A stretch of DNA of 64,000 bases from a phage. A program made the translations under genes and the position numbers. The stretch is taken from assembly GCA_024975835.1 (NCBI GenBank), contig GCA_024975835.1_4840.1; one strand, given 5' to 3'. This document shows positions 30,327 through 39,812 of the stretch, one piece after another (positions within the stretch are counted from its first letter, which is position 1; every line of letters begins with the position of its first letter). The notes beneath the pieces are model-generated. The model saw only the letters and a program-made list of their open reading frames with translations. It did not search any database and was not told the origin of the DNA.

Positions 30327-30535
30327 TTAGATTCTCCCATGACGATAACAGGAGCGCCATTACGGAAACAACTATATTCTGCAGGAAGACCTTCGCGAAC
30401 CTTCTGGGCGAACGCTTCAGAAACAACCAAACGACCAACCAGAGGTTCTTTTTGTTTTGGGGTGGACTCAAAGTAATCACCAAAAGTCGCTTCCATATCG
30501 AGCGCAGACATGTCTTCAATTCGTTGCATTGCCAT
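30323..30535 (-). CDS. hypothetical protein
   Basis: 70-aa ORF. Confidence 0.4.
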   Translation of the reverse strand: MAMQRIEDMSALDMEATFGDYFESTPKQKEPLVGRLVVSEAFAQKVREGLPAEYSCFRNGAPVIVMGESK

Positions 30536-30546
30536 GATATAGGACC

Positions 30547-30738
30547 TCAGTATAATTTCGTATAAACTTGTTTAACGCCAATATCGGCAGGAGCTGTGCT
30601 CTGCTGCATATTATAGAATGCCAAATCTGCTTGTTCTTTGTTTTCAAAATCAACTACAACTGTGTGTACTGATATTGCTTCACCCTGTCCATAAGCATAA
30701 CAACGGCTGGTGACCAATATTTTGTATTGAGGTGTCAT
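30547..30738 (-). CDS. hypothetical protein
   Basis: 63-aa ORF. Confidence 0.35.
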   Translation of the reverse strand: MTPQYKILVTSRCYAYGQGEAISVHTVVVDFENKEQADLAFYNMQQSTAPADIGVKQVYTKLY

Positions 30739-30751
30739 AAATCAATCCTTG

Positions 30752-30797
30752 CAAAAAGAAAGGGGAACGGGCTAATATTAACCCATTCCCCTTTATT
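30752..30797 (-). terminator. intrinsic terminator hairpin
   Basis: GGGGAACGGG...CCCATTCCCC stem-loop flanked by A-rich and T-rich runs. Confidence 0.55.
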
Positions 30798-30819
30798 GAA
30801 GAACGCAATCCGCAGTCAG

Positions 30820-30988
30820 ATTACTTTTTCTTCAGCTCTTCCAGCTTGGCTTCGATTTGTTCCAGGATGTCCTTACCCTTCTGAACAATCACTTCACCGT
30901 CTTGCGCGTGTTTACGGAAGACCAGAGCACCAGCTACGAAACCGACAACAACGCCAGGAAGCGCGTACACCAACAGATCTTGTAACAT
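30820..30988 (-). CDS. hypothetical small membrane protein (56 aa, not in ORF track)
   Basis: MLQDLLVYALPGVVVGFVAGALVF...; below the 60-aa track cut-off; ends just before the terminator. Confidence 0.3.
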
Positions 30989-31024
30989 GATAATATCCTC
31001 ACTTTATAGGCGAGGATATTTATA

Positions 31025-32263
31025 TCAGCGTTTCAAGAGTGTCATGAGGTTGACGCTATGTTTGCGCGGCTGCTTGTCCTCAACCTTGCGCACAGGCATC
31101 TTCAGGTTCGTACATACCTCGGATGGTTCCCAGCGCGTACCCTTTTGCAGGTGCCAGATGTGCAGAGGAACGCCAGTCTCAAAGAACACAGGCATCTTCC
31201 ACTTCTGGACGCCTGGAACGTGCCCTGCAGGAGCCTTTTCACACAACAGGGTATCTGGCAGCCAGAGCGAACGGGCTTCCCAGAGCGCTGCGCAGGAGTA
31301 TTCAGGCCAGACGCGTTCCATGTAGTCTATCTCATCCCAGGTACGCTCTGCGTCCCACCCGATGTAACGGGTATTCTTCAGTCGGAAGAACTTCTTCAGC
31401 CAGCATGCACCGGAGGTTTCAAAGTTCAGACGGTTGATGAACGTCAGGTGCCCGAACTCAGCCACACAATCCTGGAACGCCTGCTCAAGGTCGGCCTCAA
31501 GGATGTCACACTCTTCATCCGTGATAGGACAACCGTTGATCTTTTTCTTCCCGTGTTTAGTCACCCAATCGTCACGGTTGGACAAGAACGCCGCGCCATT
31601 ACGGTTGGACTCGCTTCCATCACGATCACGCAGCATGAAGCCAGGGACGTCAATGGTGTATTCGTTCCCGAAGACCATGTTCAGGGCTTCCAGGAAGTTC
31701 CAGGCGCTCAGGCGACCGAAGTATTTCCAGGACATCGCCGTGTCCCACAGCTGGGTGAATTGTTCTGTCTTATCGATGCACACCAACATCCCACGGAAAG
31801 CGTCATATTGAGTACGGCCAGCCAGCCAGTCAATATAGGACTGAACACACGGAATCATCTTGGACTTGCGGTAGCGACAGTCGGTATCGAATCGCATGCG
31901 TTCAAAGTTCAGGTTATACCAATCAGAGAAGCGCTGCATCTCTTCCTTAGACTGAGGCGGCACAGGGAACTCACTGTAGATTGTCCACGGTCCGACAGCG
32001 TTATAGCAACAACCCCACAGGAATGCCATCCAGATCTTGCGCTCGACTTTCTGTTCGAGGCTGATGCCTTCAGTGACTTCGATCGCATAGTCCATCAGAC
32101 GCATCTGCTGGTTGTGCTCTTCTGTGTAGGACAGCGCCTCCACCCAAGCCTTGAGCAGGTACATGCGATTCTCAGGCTTGCGATAATCAACAGCCAGGTC
32201 AATCGGGTACTTCCATTCAGCCGGAGGCGTATAGCCCGTCGGCATTTTAGATAAATGATGCAT
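31025..32263 (-). CDS. large hypothetical protein, candidate DNA base-modification enzyme
   Basis: 412 aa, Trp/Cys-rich; sits in the kinase-phosphatase-polymerase neighbourhood. Function assigned by context only. Confidence 0.55.
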   Translation of the reverse strand: MHHLSKMPTGYTPPAEWKYPIDLAVDYRKPENRMYLLKAWVEALSYTEEHNQQMRLMDYAIEVTEGISLEQKVERKIWMAFLWGCCYNAVGPWTIYSEFPVPPQSKEEMQRFSDWYNLNFERMRFDTDCRYRKSKMIPCVQSYIDWLAGRTQYDAFRGMLVCIDKTEQFTQLWDTAMSWKYFGRLSAWNFLEALNMVFGNEYTIDVPGFMLRDRDGSESNRNGAAFLSNRDDWVTKHGKKKINGCPITDEECDILEADLEQAFQDCVAEFGHLTFINRLNFETSGACWLKKFFRLKNTRYIGWDAERTWDEIDYMERVWPEYSCAALWEARSLWLPDTLLCEKAPAGHVPGVQKWKMPVFFETGVPLHIWHLQKGTRWEPSEVCTNLKMPVRKVEDKQPRKHSVNLMTLLKR

Positions 32264-32603
32264 CTTTCGCTTCCTCTTCAGGAGCCAACTGAATGTCTTC
32301 TGGTTTCACAAACCCCATCGGACGTTCCCACATATCGATGAAGCGGCGGTCGGCGGTCACAAACCAAAGACGGGCTGCAGTGTGGGTCTTACCCGAGATG
32401 AACATCTGGGCATTCGTCTGGGTACGGAACGGAGCCGCCTGCAACCACTTACCGAAGTCTTTGGACGACGGATTGGCATTCAACTGGAACTGAGGGATGA
32501 CGCAGTTCTTTTCAGGAATCAGGCGCACGGCAGTAATGTGCTTGGCGTTTCCGGTGTAGTCGATCGCAACAGCCACAGCATCGCGAGGGATTTGAATTTT
32601 CAT
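32247..32603 (-). CDS. hypothetical protein
   Basis: 118-aa ORF. Confidence 0.45.
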   Translation of the reverse strand: MKIQIPRDAVAVAIDYTGNAKHITAVRLIPEKNCVIPQFQLNANPSSKDFGKWLQAAPFRTQTNAQMFISGKTHTAARLWFVTADRRFIDMWERPMGFVKPEDIQLAPEEEAKDASFI

Positions 32604-32803
32604 TTTGGTTCCTTGAATATTTTATAGCCAGCAGCGCCGATAGCCATAATCGCGCCGATACAATACAACATGGTCAGGTTCATCTTTTCTGAGGTTGTTA
32701 AGTCCAGAGGGGTGAAATGATAGGCTAGGGCAGTACACATTGAAACGGCTGCCATAACCAGACCAATGAACAACAGATAATTAGACAACCGTTTCATGAT
32801 CAC
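32600..32803 (-). CDS. hypothetical small membrane protein
   Basis: 67 aa, two hydrophobic helices. Confidence 0.4.
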   Translation of the reverse strand: MIMKRLSNYLLFIGLVMAAVSMCTALAYHFTPLDLTTSEKMNLTMLYCIGAIMAIGAAGYKIFKEPK

Positions 32804-33717
32804 CCCTTCTTCATCAGGTCAAGGAGAGAGCGCGACGCTGCCTTCGTTGCTTCTGGCTGGGCGCTCGCCTTGGTTTTAGTTTTGGATGCCTTCTGCGGCT
32901 TCTCAGGGACTCTGTGCGCCAAAGGATCCTGGCCGCCGATTTCACGAGTCATCGGATTGGTTTCACAGTAGGCGTAGAAGTCTTTGGTGTCCATGTTAAC
33001 TTCACGCAGTTCGGACCGTATCTGATGACAAATCGCATTACCCACAACCCACAGCGGGGCGTCGAACGGTAGTACCGCCAACTCGGACTGCTGTTTGGTC
33101 GTGAACTCCTGGGTGTTGGCGTCCGGTGATTTATACAGGATATCCTGTCCGCTGTAATCATCAACAGCCACAGTGAAGCCCAGCGCCAGCATTTCGGCCT
33201 TCGACTTCTCAAACTCCTTGTAGTAAGATTCGTTGCGCGACCAGCCGGAGTTCCCTGCTTCTTTACCAGATCGACCACGGATACGAGCATCGTACTGATA
33301 GCGGTCGGGGTACGCAAAGTACAGCAGCGCCAATGATTCAATCGGATAGTTCTTGAACATCCATTCAGGACGCCATTTGTCCGATAGCATGAGGGGTTCA
33401 CCCTCGCACACCAGAGTGTATCCCTGAACCAACCAGCACTTGATTAGATCACGAGCAATATCGCCTGAGCCTGTAGCAGCATGGATTGCATCCATTGAAG
33501 TCCAGGAAGCCAGGCCGGATTTGTTAGACACGGTGTACTGTCCAACGAAGATTAACTTCAGCTCTCCGAACTTCAAGCCAAACGGGCGAGTCTTGTCACC
33601 AACGGTGTAGGTCAGTTCGGTAGGCTCCAGCTTAGTGCGCAGCCATTCGATGAACTGGACCACTCTCGTACCCTTGCCCGTGGCCGAGGTGCCTTTCACT
33701 ACGATAATTTTTGCCAT
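32800..33717 (-). CDS. P-loop kinase (polynucleotide-kinase-like; candidate 5-hmdU DNA kinase)
   Basis: Walker A VVKGTSATGKGT at N-terminus; Lys/Thr/Ala-rich basic C-terminal tail. Confidence 0.6.
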   Translation of the reverse strand: MAKIIVVKGTSATGKGTRVVQFIEWLRTKLEPTELTYTVGDKTRPFGLKFGELKLIFVGQYTVSNKSGLASWTSMDAIHAATGSGDIARDLIKCWLVQGYTLVCEGEPLMLSDKWRPEWMFKNYPIESLALLYFAYPDRYQYDARIRGRSGKEAGNSGWSRNESYYKEFEKSKAEMLALGFTVAVDDYSGQDILYKSPDANTQEFTTKQQSELAVLPFDAPLWVVGNAICHQIRSELREVNMDTKDFYAYCETNPMTREIGGQDPLAHRVPEKPQKASKTKTKASAQPEATKAASRSLLDLMKKG

Positions 33718-34022
33718 TACACAGCATCCTCAATACGCCAGCTCACGCCGCCCAGCCAAGGTGCCCAGAACACAGCAACCTGTGGGCGGCCATTCTCTTC
33801 AAACTTCACTTTATACTGGTCGTCGAAGTTATAGAAGATTTCATCCGCTTCAGAGCGCTGGCCGATCTTCACCAGTACATCATGAAGAGCCTTGGCTGCA
33901 CCGATAGGAGTCGGAGTCTCCTGCTGACGAATGAAGTTGTTCACATGGTTAATCACGCCATCCATGTCGCTATCACCGAAACGCTCGTCGGGGATTTCCC
34001 CGAACTTGGATTGTTCTTGCAC
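33717..34022 (-). CDS. hypothetical protein
   Basis: 101-aa ORF. Confidence 0.45.
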   Translation of the reverse strand: MQEQSKFGEIPDERFGDSDMDGVINHVNNFIRQQETPTPIGAAKALHDVLVKIGQRSEADEIFYNFDDQYKVKFEENGRPQVAVFWAPWLGGVSWRIEDAV

Positions 34023-34031
34023 GATGTCCTC

Positions 34032-34811
34032 CTATCGGACGTATTGATAATGACTAATCAGGCGGTTCACCACTTCGACAATATTGCGGTTCAGGAAGTC
34101 GAAGTGATTCTGGCCTTCTACTGGTTTAATATAAAGCATGTCTTCCGAATTCGAAAGATCCAGTTTTTCATAATTGCCCTGAGGAACAAAGATGACAAAG
34201 ATGTTGTTCAGGCCACACGGCTCGACATACTTCGGATTGTCATCAATCAGGACATCGCCAGCCAGCAGATGCTTTTCGTCGGTGCTGACAAACCCGTTGA
34301 AGATACCAGGGAACTTGTCATAGACAAACTGACGCTTGCTGCGCTCGTGTTCCGGCTCGCACTTCGACACCGCGATGAATTCCACATTGTCGAAATCTTC
34401 AAGCAAGATATCCTTCAGATTTACCAGGAACTCGTAAGCGCCGGGGAGCGGGTTCATCTTGGCGTACAGGTCAGGGCGACGCCACCAATCCATAGGATCG
34501 TTACCGCTTGGCACACGTTGTTTGTGCATCCCCAATTGGACTTCATGGTATAGCCACGCCGGATGCGCACGTTCACGCATCAGAATAGCCAGGTCGCCAG
34601 CATGGGACATATAACACTCTTTGGTGATCGGCTGGAACTGGTATGACTTATGTTCCCCCGTAGCGATAGCAGCGGCGGCGATGTTCTCTTCGTTGAACCA
34701 CTGCACCCAAGGGGAGAGGCTGTCGACCAACGTCAGGTCAACATCCACGAGGACGCGATACAGGCCACCGACCTTTGATTTCATATCATAGATACAAACC
34801 AGGTTGTTCAT
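34032..34811 (-). CDS. HAD-superfamily phosphatase (putative nucleotidase)
   Basis: DxDxT motif I (LVDVDLTLVDS) near N-terminus. Confidence 0.55.
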   Translation of the reverse strand: MNNLVCIYDMKSKVGGLYRVLVDVDLTLVDSLSPWVQWFNEENIAAAAIATGEHKSYQFQPITKECYMSHAGDLAILMRERAHPAWLYHEVQLGMHKQRVPSGNDPMDWWRRPDLYAKMNPLPGAYEFLVNLKDILLEDFDNVEFIAVSKCEPEHERSKRQFVYDKFPGIFNGFVSTDEKHLLAGDVLIDDNPKYVEPCGLNNIFVIFVPQGNYEKLDLSNSEDMLYIKPVEGQNHFDFLNRNIVEVVNRLISHYQYVR

Positions 34812-35158
34812 TTGTCTTCCTCAACTTTATCGTAGCCTGTAGCAACACACTGTTCTTCGGTACAATCTGCATACAGAACGACGGAGGCCTGCTTCACGTA
34901 GGTGATGCAGTGGTAAGTTTCGTCTTCCTGGATGGAATCGTCATAGTTGCAGACAGTTTGGAGCGGACCCGGAGTAGTGTTGTCCAGTGCTGCATGTGCC
35001 TTAATGGTGTCTTCCATCTTGGACACGGCCTGCTCATTGGTGAACGTCGGCGCGTCAAGGTCTACAGTAGACGCAACGTCCAGAAGGGTGGAACACGCAG
35101 TGGTAGAGAAAGCCAGAGCACACACCAGAAGAATCTTATTGAGTTTCATTTCAATCAC
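34808..35158 (-). CDS. secreted or lipoprotein-like small protein
   Basis: 116 aa; N-terminal signal peptide with Cys near predicted cleavage site (LVCALAFSTTAC); acidic mature part. Confidence 0.5.
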   Translation of the reverse strand: MIEMKLNKILLVCALAFSTTACSTLLDVASTVDLDAPTFTNEQAVSKMEDTIKAHAALDNTTPGPLQTVCNYDDSIQEDETYHCITYVKQASVVLYADCTEEQCVATGYDKVEEDK

Positions 35159-35179
35159 CTGTTTGTCAAAGGGTTAACA

Positions 35180-35197
35180 GGGGGAATTATATCCCCC
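35180..35197. other. GC-rich hairpin between polymerase gene and downstream gene
   Basis: GGGGGAATTATATCCCCC; T-tract only on the plus side. Confidence 0.4.
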
Positions 35198-35211
35198 TTT
35201 GGTTTATTGAA

Positions 35212-38211
35212 TCAACCTTTCTTCTTTTGCATCATGGCAAGAAGGTTCACACGGCGCTTGTGTGACCAGCCGACCACGTCGAGGATAGACTGAATCGGAT
35301 CAATGAAGGACTTCTCAAAGGCCGCCTGATAATCCACCCATTTGCCCAGACCAAGCTCCTCAGGGAAGAACTCAGGATATGCGAAGTAATTCTGGCCGAA
35401 TGGGTTGCCTGGCTTCAACAACACCATCTGTACCTTATCACCCGACTCGATCATCGGCAGGCCGAGATCTTCGTTCTTCTCAACCAGACGGTTGTAACCC
35501 ACACAAGCCTTTGCAGCAAAATGAGCACCAGAGATGAACGATCCGTCAGCAGCCACACACTTCTCTATGTCGGACACGCCTGACGCCTTGGCGATATCGT
35601 CTACAGAGAGTTTCATGTACTCCTCTTTGTACTGGGAGATGAGCGCCTGTACTTCCTCTTCGGTGCCGAGTAGGATCTTCTCATAGCACTTGACAAGGCG
35701 CTCACGACACCATTCCGGCGTGGTGGACTTGCGGGCTTCCAGACCTTTGAACTTGATCTTCGGCTTCTCGTACTTGATACCCTCACTGTCGTACACGGCC
35801 ATGGCATACATCTTCTTGGCTCGCCAGACAGCGGCTGACGCAATGACCTCACGCTCCCACACCATGCGCTGTTCAAATCCGTTCATGGTGTTACATAGAA
35901 GCTGTGCCCACTCATTGGTCTTCGGCTGGTAGTTGTCTTTGATCCATTGGTCGATATTATCAACCATAGCATGATGGTCAGTAACATCAGGCCACAACTG
36001 CTTGACAAGACGCTCAATGCAGATGTAGTTGGAGTCGGTATCCCCTGCGATGACGAAGTCCTGACCTGTTGTACCACACAGCTTGTTCAGATAGTCATCA
36101 GTGTAACGCTTGTTCCACTTGTTGATCAGCTGACCGGATGTGGTGATGGCTTCGGCAATGTTGAGGTTGAAGTACTCTTTGAACCAGACGTTTGAGATCG
36201 CGCCATAACCTGCGTTCATCAAGATCTTCAGACCTTGCTGAAGGGTATCTTGAGCAACGCCCAGATCTTCCCACTTCTTCATCACTTCGGTCAGTGCATC
36301 AAGATCAACGTTCTTGTGCTCTTCATACCACTCTGGGTCATAGTAGCGAGACTTCATGGCAGACTCAAGATGGAAGTCGCCCTTCGACATCTCTTTACAC
36401 CAGCCAGCCCACTGCTCATACTTCAGACCCTTGGCCTTCTCTACTTTACGGTCGCTGTAGATACCACGCATGATTTCAGACAGGAACGACATCTTCTCGT
36501 TGCTGAAGAACTGAACGTTCGGCGTGAAGGACACGTTGTAGAGGCGCAGGGTTTCAAAGTGGAACTCACCCAGGGCAACCAACTCATCAACAACCTGCAG
36601 GCGTTCGTCAACCGCACGCAACAGCTTGTCGTGAAGGGCTTTCATCAACCGACGTTTGTGCATCGGCGTTGCCATGTTATTCATCTGAGCAGCCAGCTCT
36701 TCACACATAGCCTCAATAATCTCGCGGCGCTGGTGTTTGTCGCCAACGATAGTCTCTGGACCGAGGTTGTACTGCTGAATGATGTGAGGATACAGGGAGT
36801 TCAAATCTTCCGAGAAGACCCAGAAGTAGATTCCTGGTGTCACATCCATGACGTATGCACCCTCAAAGTCGGTCGGACCATCGTATACACGCTGGATCTT
36901 AGGCACTATCCCCTTCTCGTACAGGCGATAGTAGCACATGGCCAGCCACGGAGCCACAGTGCCCAGACCGTCTTCATAGTTGGACTTGGTGCGGTAGGCC
37001 AGGACGAACATCAGCTGGAGCAGGCGCAGCTTCTGTTCAAGTCGCCATACCAGCTTAACGTCTTTGATACCATATCGGGTGTGTTTGCAGTAGTCGTTGA
37101 AGTACAGATCAAAGAGCGACTTGCTCTCACTGTAGTCCATCTTCTTCTCACCCAGCTCACAATACGCAATCCAGTCAAGAGAGTAGCGTTCACGGGTGGT
37201 GTACGTGTGTTTCTTGTAGATCTGCATATAATCGAGCATAGGGCAACCCACGAACTGATACGTCGTGATATCGCCCTTCTTATCGCGAATGATACGCTTC
37301 TTAATGATACCCCAAGGACTGAGGCGCGACGTTTCAGCCTCTCCCAGAACCTGATTCATGCGCTCAACAAGATAAGGGCTATCAAACGTCTCAATGTTCC
37401 AGCCAGTCCATCCGTCGAACTGACGCTCCGACCAGAAGTCCAGGAAAGAGCGCAGCAGGTCTTGTTCGGTGGTGAACTCCTGATAAACAACCTCCAGGCC
37501 GCCGATCTCTTTGTCTTCTGCGTCATAGGTGAATTTGTTACGATCTTTGGCGCACGGCATACCCCAGACCATGAACTTGTTGGTCGCCATATCCTGAAGC
37601 TGGATCAGGGTAATGGGGAACGCCGCATTCATGTCTTGGGTGATCTTGCCGTTGCTGTCAATGATAGGGAACTGATCAGTGACGTTGTTGCTGATGAAAG
37701 AACCAGGGAAGTGCTCACGGACAAAATCATGGTTGGCCAGCACTTGTTTATGGAAGCGGCGAATGCGCGCCTCATTCCCTTTGAACGTCTGCTGCTCAAT
37801 GGTTGGGTGAGGGAATGGACCTTTGGTCATCTTTCCGTCTTTCCACCCGGCGGAGAACACTTCGATATCGAGGTTAGCAATATGGATGTTGGAATAATCC
37901 GGCTCAATCTTTCCAGGAAAGCTATGGGCGATGAACTGGTATGCATAATCGGTCTGCCCGTAAATGGCAGCACCCTGGACTTCCTTGTACTCTTCAAGAT
38001 AGTTGTCAGCGTCACGCATGGAAGGGAACTGCTTGGCTACCAGGGGTTCATTGAGAAGGCCAACCTTTTCAACATTTGAATAGTCAGCCGTGGGTAAATA
38101 GAGAGTGGGTTCGAATTTCTTTTTCAACAGACGGCGATTACCCATGTCATCTGCAATTCGAATCAACAGGTCATTGCCCCTGCGGGCAACGTTCGTATAG
38201 AAAACGGTCAT
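35212..38211 (-). CDS. family-B DNA polymerase (T4 gp43-like)
   Basis: N-terminal FPSMRDA, Exo I NLDIEV, WTGWNIETFDSPYL, and polymerase motif C IAGDTDS; 999 aa, uninterrupted. Confidence 0.9.
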   Translation of the reverse strand: MTVFYTNVARRGNDLLIRIADDMGNRRLLKKKFEPTLYLPTADYSNVEKVGLLNEPLVAKQFPSMRDADNYLEEYKEVQGAAIYGQTDYAYQFIAHSFPGKIEPDYSNIHIANLDIEVFSAGWKDGKMTKGPFPHPTIEQQTFKGNEARIRRFHKQVLANHDFVREHFPGSFISNNVTDQFPIIDSNGKITQDMNAAFPITLIQLQDMATNKFMVWGMPCAKDRNKFTYDAEDKEIGGLEVVYQEFTTEQDLLRSFLDFWSERQFDGWTGWNIETFDSPYLVERMNQVLGEAETSRLSPWGIIKKRIIRDKKGDITTYQFVGCPMLDYMQIYKKHTYTTRERYSLDWIAYCELGEKKMDYSESKSLFDLYFNDYCKHTRYGIKDVKLVWRLEQKLRLLQLMFVLAYRTKSNYEDGLGTVAPWLAMCYYRLYEKGIVPKIQRVYDGPTDFEGAYVMDVTPGIYFWVFSEDLNSLYPHIIQQYNLGPETIVGDKHQRREIIEAMCEELAAQMNNMATPMHKRRLMKALHDKLLRAVDERLQVVDELVALGEFHFETLRLYNVSFTPNVQFFSNEKMSFLSEIMRGIYSDRKVEKAKGLKYEQWAGWCKEMSKGDFHLESAMKSRYYDPEWYEEHKNVDLDALTEVMKKWEDLGVAQDTLQQGLKILMNAGYGAISNVWFKEYFNLNIAEAITTSGQLINKWNKRYTDDYLNKLCGTTGQDFVIAGDTDSNYICIERLVKQLWPDVTDHHAMVDNIDQWIKDNYQPKTNEWAQLLCNTMNGFEQRMVWEREVIASAAVWRAKKMYAMAVYDSEGIKYEKPKIKFKGLEARKSTTPEWCRERLVKCYEKILLGTEEEVQALISQYKEEYMKLSVDDIAKASGVSDIEKCVAADGSFISGAHFAAKACVGYNRLVEKNEDLGLPMIESGDKVQMVLLKPGNPFGQNYFAYPEFFPEELGLGKWVDYQAAFEKSFIDPIQSILDVVGWSHKRRVNLLAMMQKKKG

Positions 38212-38290
38212 GTAATTCTCCAGGTTATCCGTGCCGTTAGCACGTGGGCATATTTAACCATAGAGCCATTCATTGACCAAGGAGTTTAAT

Positions 38291-38863
38291 ATGGCAATCC
38301 CCCTCGTTGGTATGATCCCAGGGGCGCTCAAGCAACTCTGGAACCTCGGGACTGATTTGATCCAATATAAGCGGGAAGTTGTACAGGCCAAACACGACGT
38401 CAAGCTGGAGGCCATCAAGTCCTCCTCAGATTGGGAGCTGTCTAAGATCACCGAAGTCGGCGGATCTTGGAAAGATGAATTCTGGACTATCGTGTTGGCC
38501 ATACCCGCCATCCTCGTCATGACTGCTCCGGTTGTGGAACTGATTCTGTTCCCTGGTGAGTATCATAAAGGGGATTTCATCAAAGCAGTAATCGGTGGCC
38601 TTCAGGCACTAGATACCGCACCTGAATGGTATACCTATTCGTTATTGACAGCAATTAGTGCATCATTCGGTATCAAAGGCTACAACCACTACAAAAGCAA
38701 CAGGCGAAAAGCCCAAGCTATGGATGCTCTCAAGCAATTTGGGGTTCGGGTCGTACAGAAAGATCCCACTGTTGTTACTCAGTCGGGTGCTCCCGATCTT
38801 GAGTCTGCTCCCCCAGCTGGGTCTACTGCGACCTCTGGTGCGTGGCCTGATCTGAAGAAATAA
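38291..38863 (+). CDS. hypothetical integral membrane protein
   Basis: Start at MAIPLVG preceded by AAGGAG; about three hydrophobic helices. Confidence 0.5.
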   Translation: MAIPLVGMIPGALKQLWNLGTDLIQYKREVVQAKHDVKLEAIKSSSDWELSKITEVGGSWKDEFWTIVLAIPAILVMTAPVVELILFPGEYHKGDFIKAVIGGLQALDTAPEWYTYSLLTAISASFGIKGYNHYKSNRRKAQAMDALKQFGVRVVQKDPTVVTQSGAPDLESAPPAGSTATSGAWPDLKK

Positions 38864-38869
38864 GTTCAA

Positions 38870-38894
38870 GGGGAGGAAACTCCCCTTTCTTTTG
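38870..38894 (+). terminator. intrinsic terminator
   Basis: GGGGAG-GAAA-CTCCCC hairpin followed by TTTCTTTT. Confidence 0.7.
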
Positions 38895-38905
38895 GTGTTT
38901 AGGGA

Positions 38906-39118
38906 ATGAATGTGGTAAACAAGAGATTGCTCGTCACCCAAGGCGGGGCGACGATAGTGCGCGGAAGGATCTATGAACAAACACAGCTGGGTGATCACAA
39001 GACGCGCCTGACTGTTAAGGCTCCAGATGGTGGTTGGCCGACAAAGGTAATTGTCCCTGACGGTCTCATAGAACGAGGGTCGGCGGTGTATAAAGGAGCA
39101 GAGTTCAAAATTTATTAA
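38906..39118 (+). CDS. hypothetical protein
   Basis: 70-aa ORF. Confidence 0.4.
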   Translation: MNVVNKRLLVTQGGATIVRGRIYEQTQLGDHKTRLTVKAPDGGWPTKVIVPDGLIERGSAVYKGAEFKIY

Positions 39119-39136
39119 AATATTTATTGAATAAAG

Positions 39137-39164
39137 TTTACTTCTTCAATAACTGGCGTATACT
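39137..39164 (+). promoter_or_regulatory. sigma70-like promoter candidate
   Basis: TTTACT, 16-nt spacer, TATACT; about 50 nt upstream of the 39214 start. Confidence 0.3.
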
Positions 39165-39213
39165 TCTAATTGTAGTACGAACAAACAACAATCTGAAGAG
39201 AAGGAAATACATC

Positions 39214-39771
39214 ATGGCAATCGAAATTATCGCTCAATCCAAATCTGGTAAAACTGTAATGTACGGCACTGAAGAAGGCCGCGCAATCACCACTCTGGGC
39301 ACAATTGACGGTTCCAACCCAGTGAAAGGCGGTCGCTACCTGGTTGAATACGGTTCACACCTGCTGATGGTAAGCAAAGTCGATGGTCGTGAAATCATGA
39401 TTCCCCGCAAAGAGTACTTCGACTCGCGCATTGAAGCCATGAACTTCTTCCTTTTCCAGGAACGTCACGAACTGTTCGTTGAAGCGAAAGACGCAGGCCT
39501 GGACGATGCGACTGCCGAACTGATTGCCGAAGGTAAAATGTCCCTCGAAGAAGCTCTGGGTGACATGGATTGCGATGCTGAAGCCCATTACATCGAATAT
39601 TCCGCTTATCAGAATGAATGCGAAGACGATCCTGAAGATGACGGCTTCGACCCTGACCTTCACGGTGGCGAGGATGACAATACTCCTTCCCTGGAAGTGA
39701 TCATGGCAGGCGGCCAGGCCGCTTGGGAGTGGCAGAACGAAAAGAACGCCTGGCTGGATTCCCACCTTTAA
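39214..39771 (+). CDS. hypothetical highly acidic protein
   Basis: Start at MAIEII (GAAGGAAA upstream); C-terminal half very Asp/Glu-rich. Confidence 0.5.
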   Translation: MAIEIIAQSKSGKTVMYGTEEGRAITTLGTIDGSNPVKGGRYLVEYGSHLLMVSKVDGREIMIPRKEYFDSRIEAMNFFLFQERHELFVEAKDAGLDDATAELIAEGKMSLEEALGDMDCDAEAHYIEYSAYQNECEDDPEDDGFDPDLHGGEDDNTPSLEVIMAGGQAAWEWQNEKNAWLDSHL

Positions 39772-39789
39772 TGTGAAGAAATAAAGAAA

Positions 39790-39812
39790 GGGGCTTAACG
39801 CCCCTTTTCTTA
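39790..39812. terminator. bidirectional intrinsic terminator
   Basis: GGGGC-TTAAC-GCCCC hairpin between convergent genes, A-run before and T-run after. Confidence 0.65.

Noticed and set aside
31058-32254. 398-aa plus-strand ORF
   Set aside because: Complete antisense shadow of the 412-aa minus-strand gene; all neighbours are minus-strand and translationally coupled, and its translation is Arg/Leu/Pro-biased in the way expected of a reverse frame.
36235-38079. 614-aa plus-strand ORF
   Set aside because: Antisense to the DNA polymerase gene, which has unambiguous family-B motifs.
35212-38211. Intein or intron in the DNA polymerase gene
   Set aside because: The ORF is continuous and polymerase motifs are collinear with T4 gp43 without extra inserted domains visible by eye.
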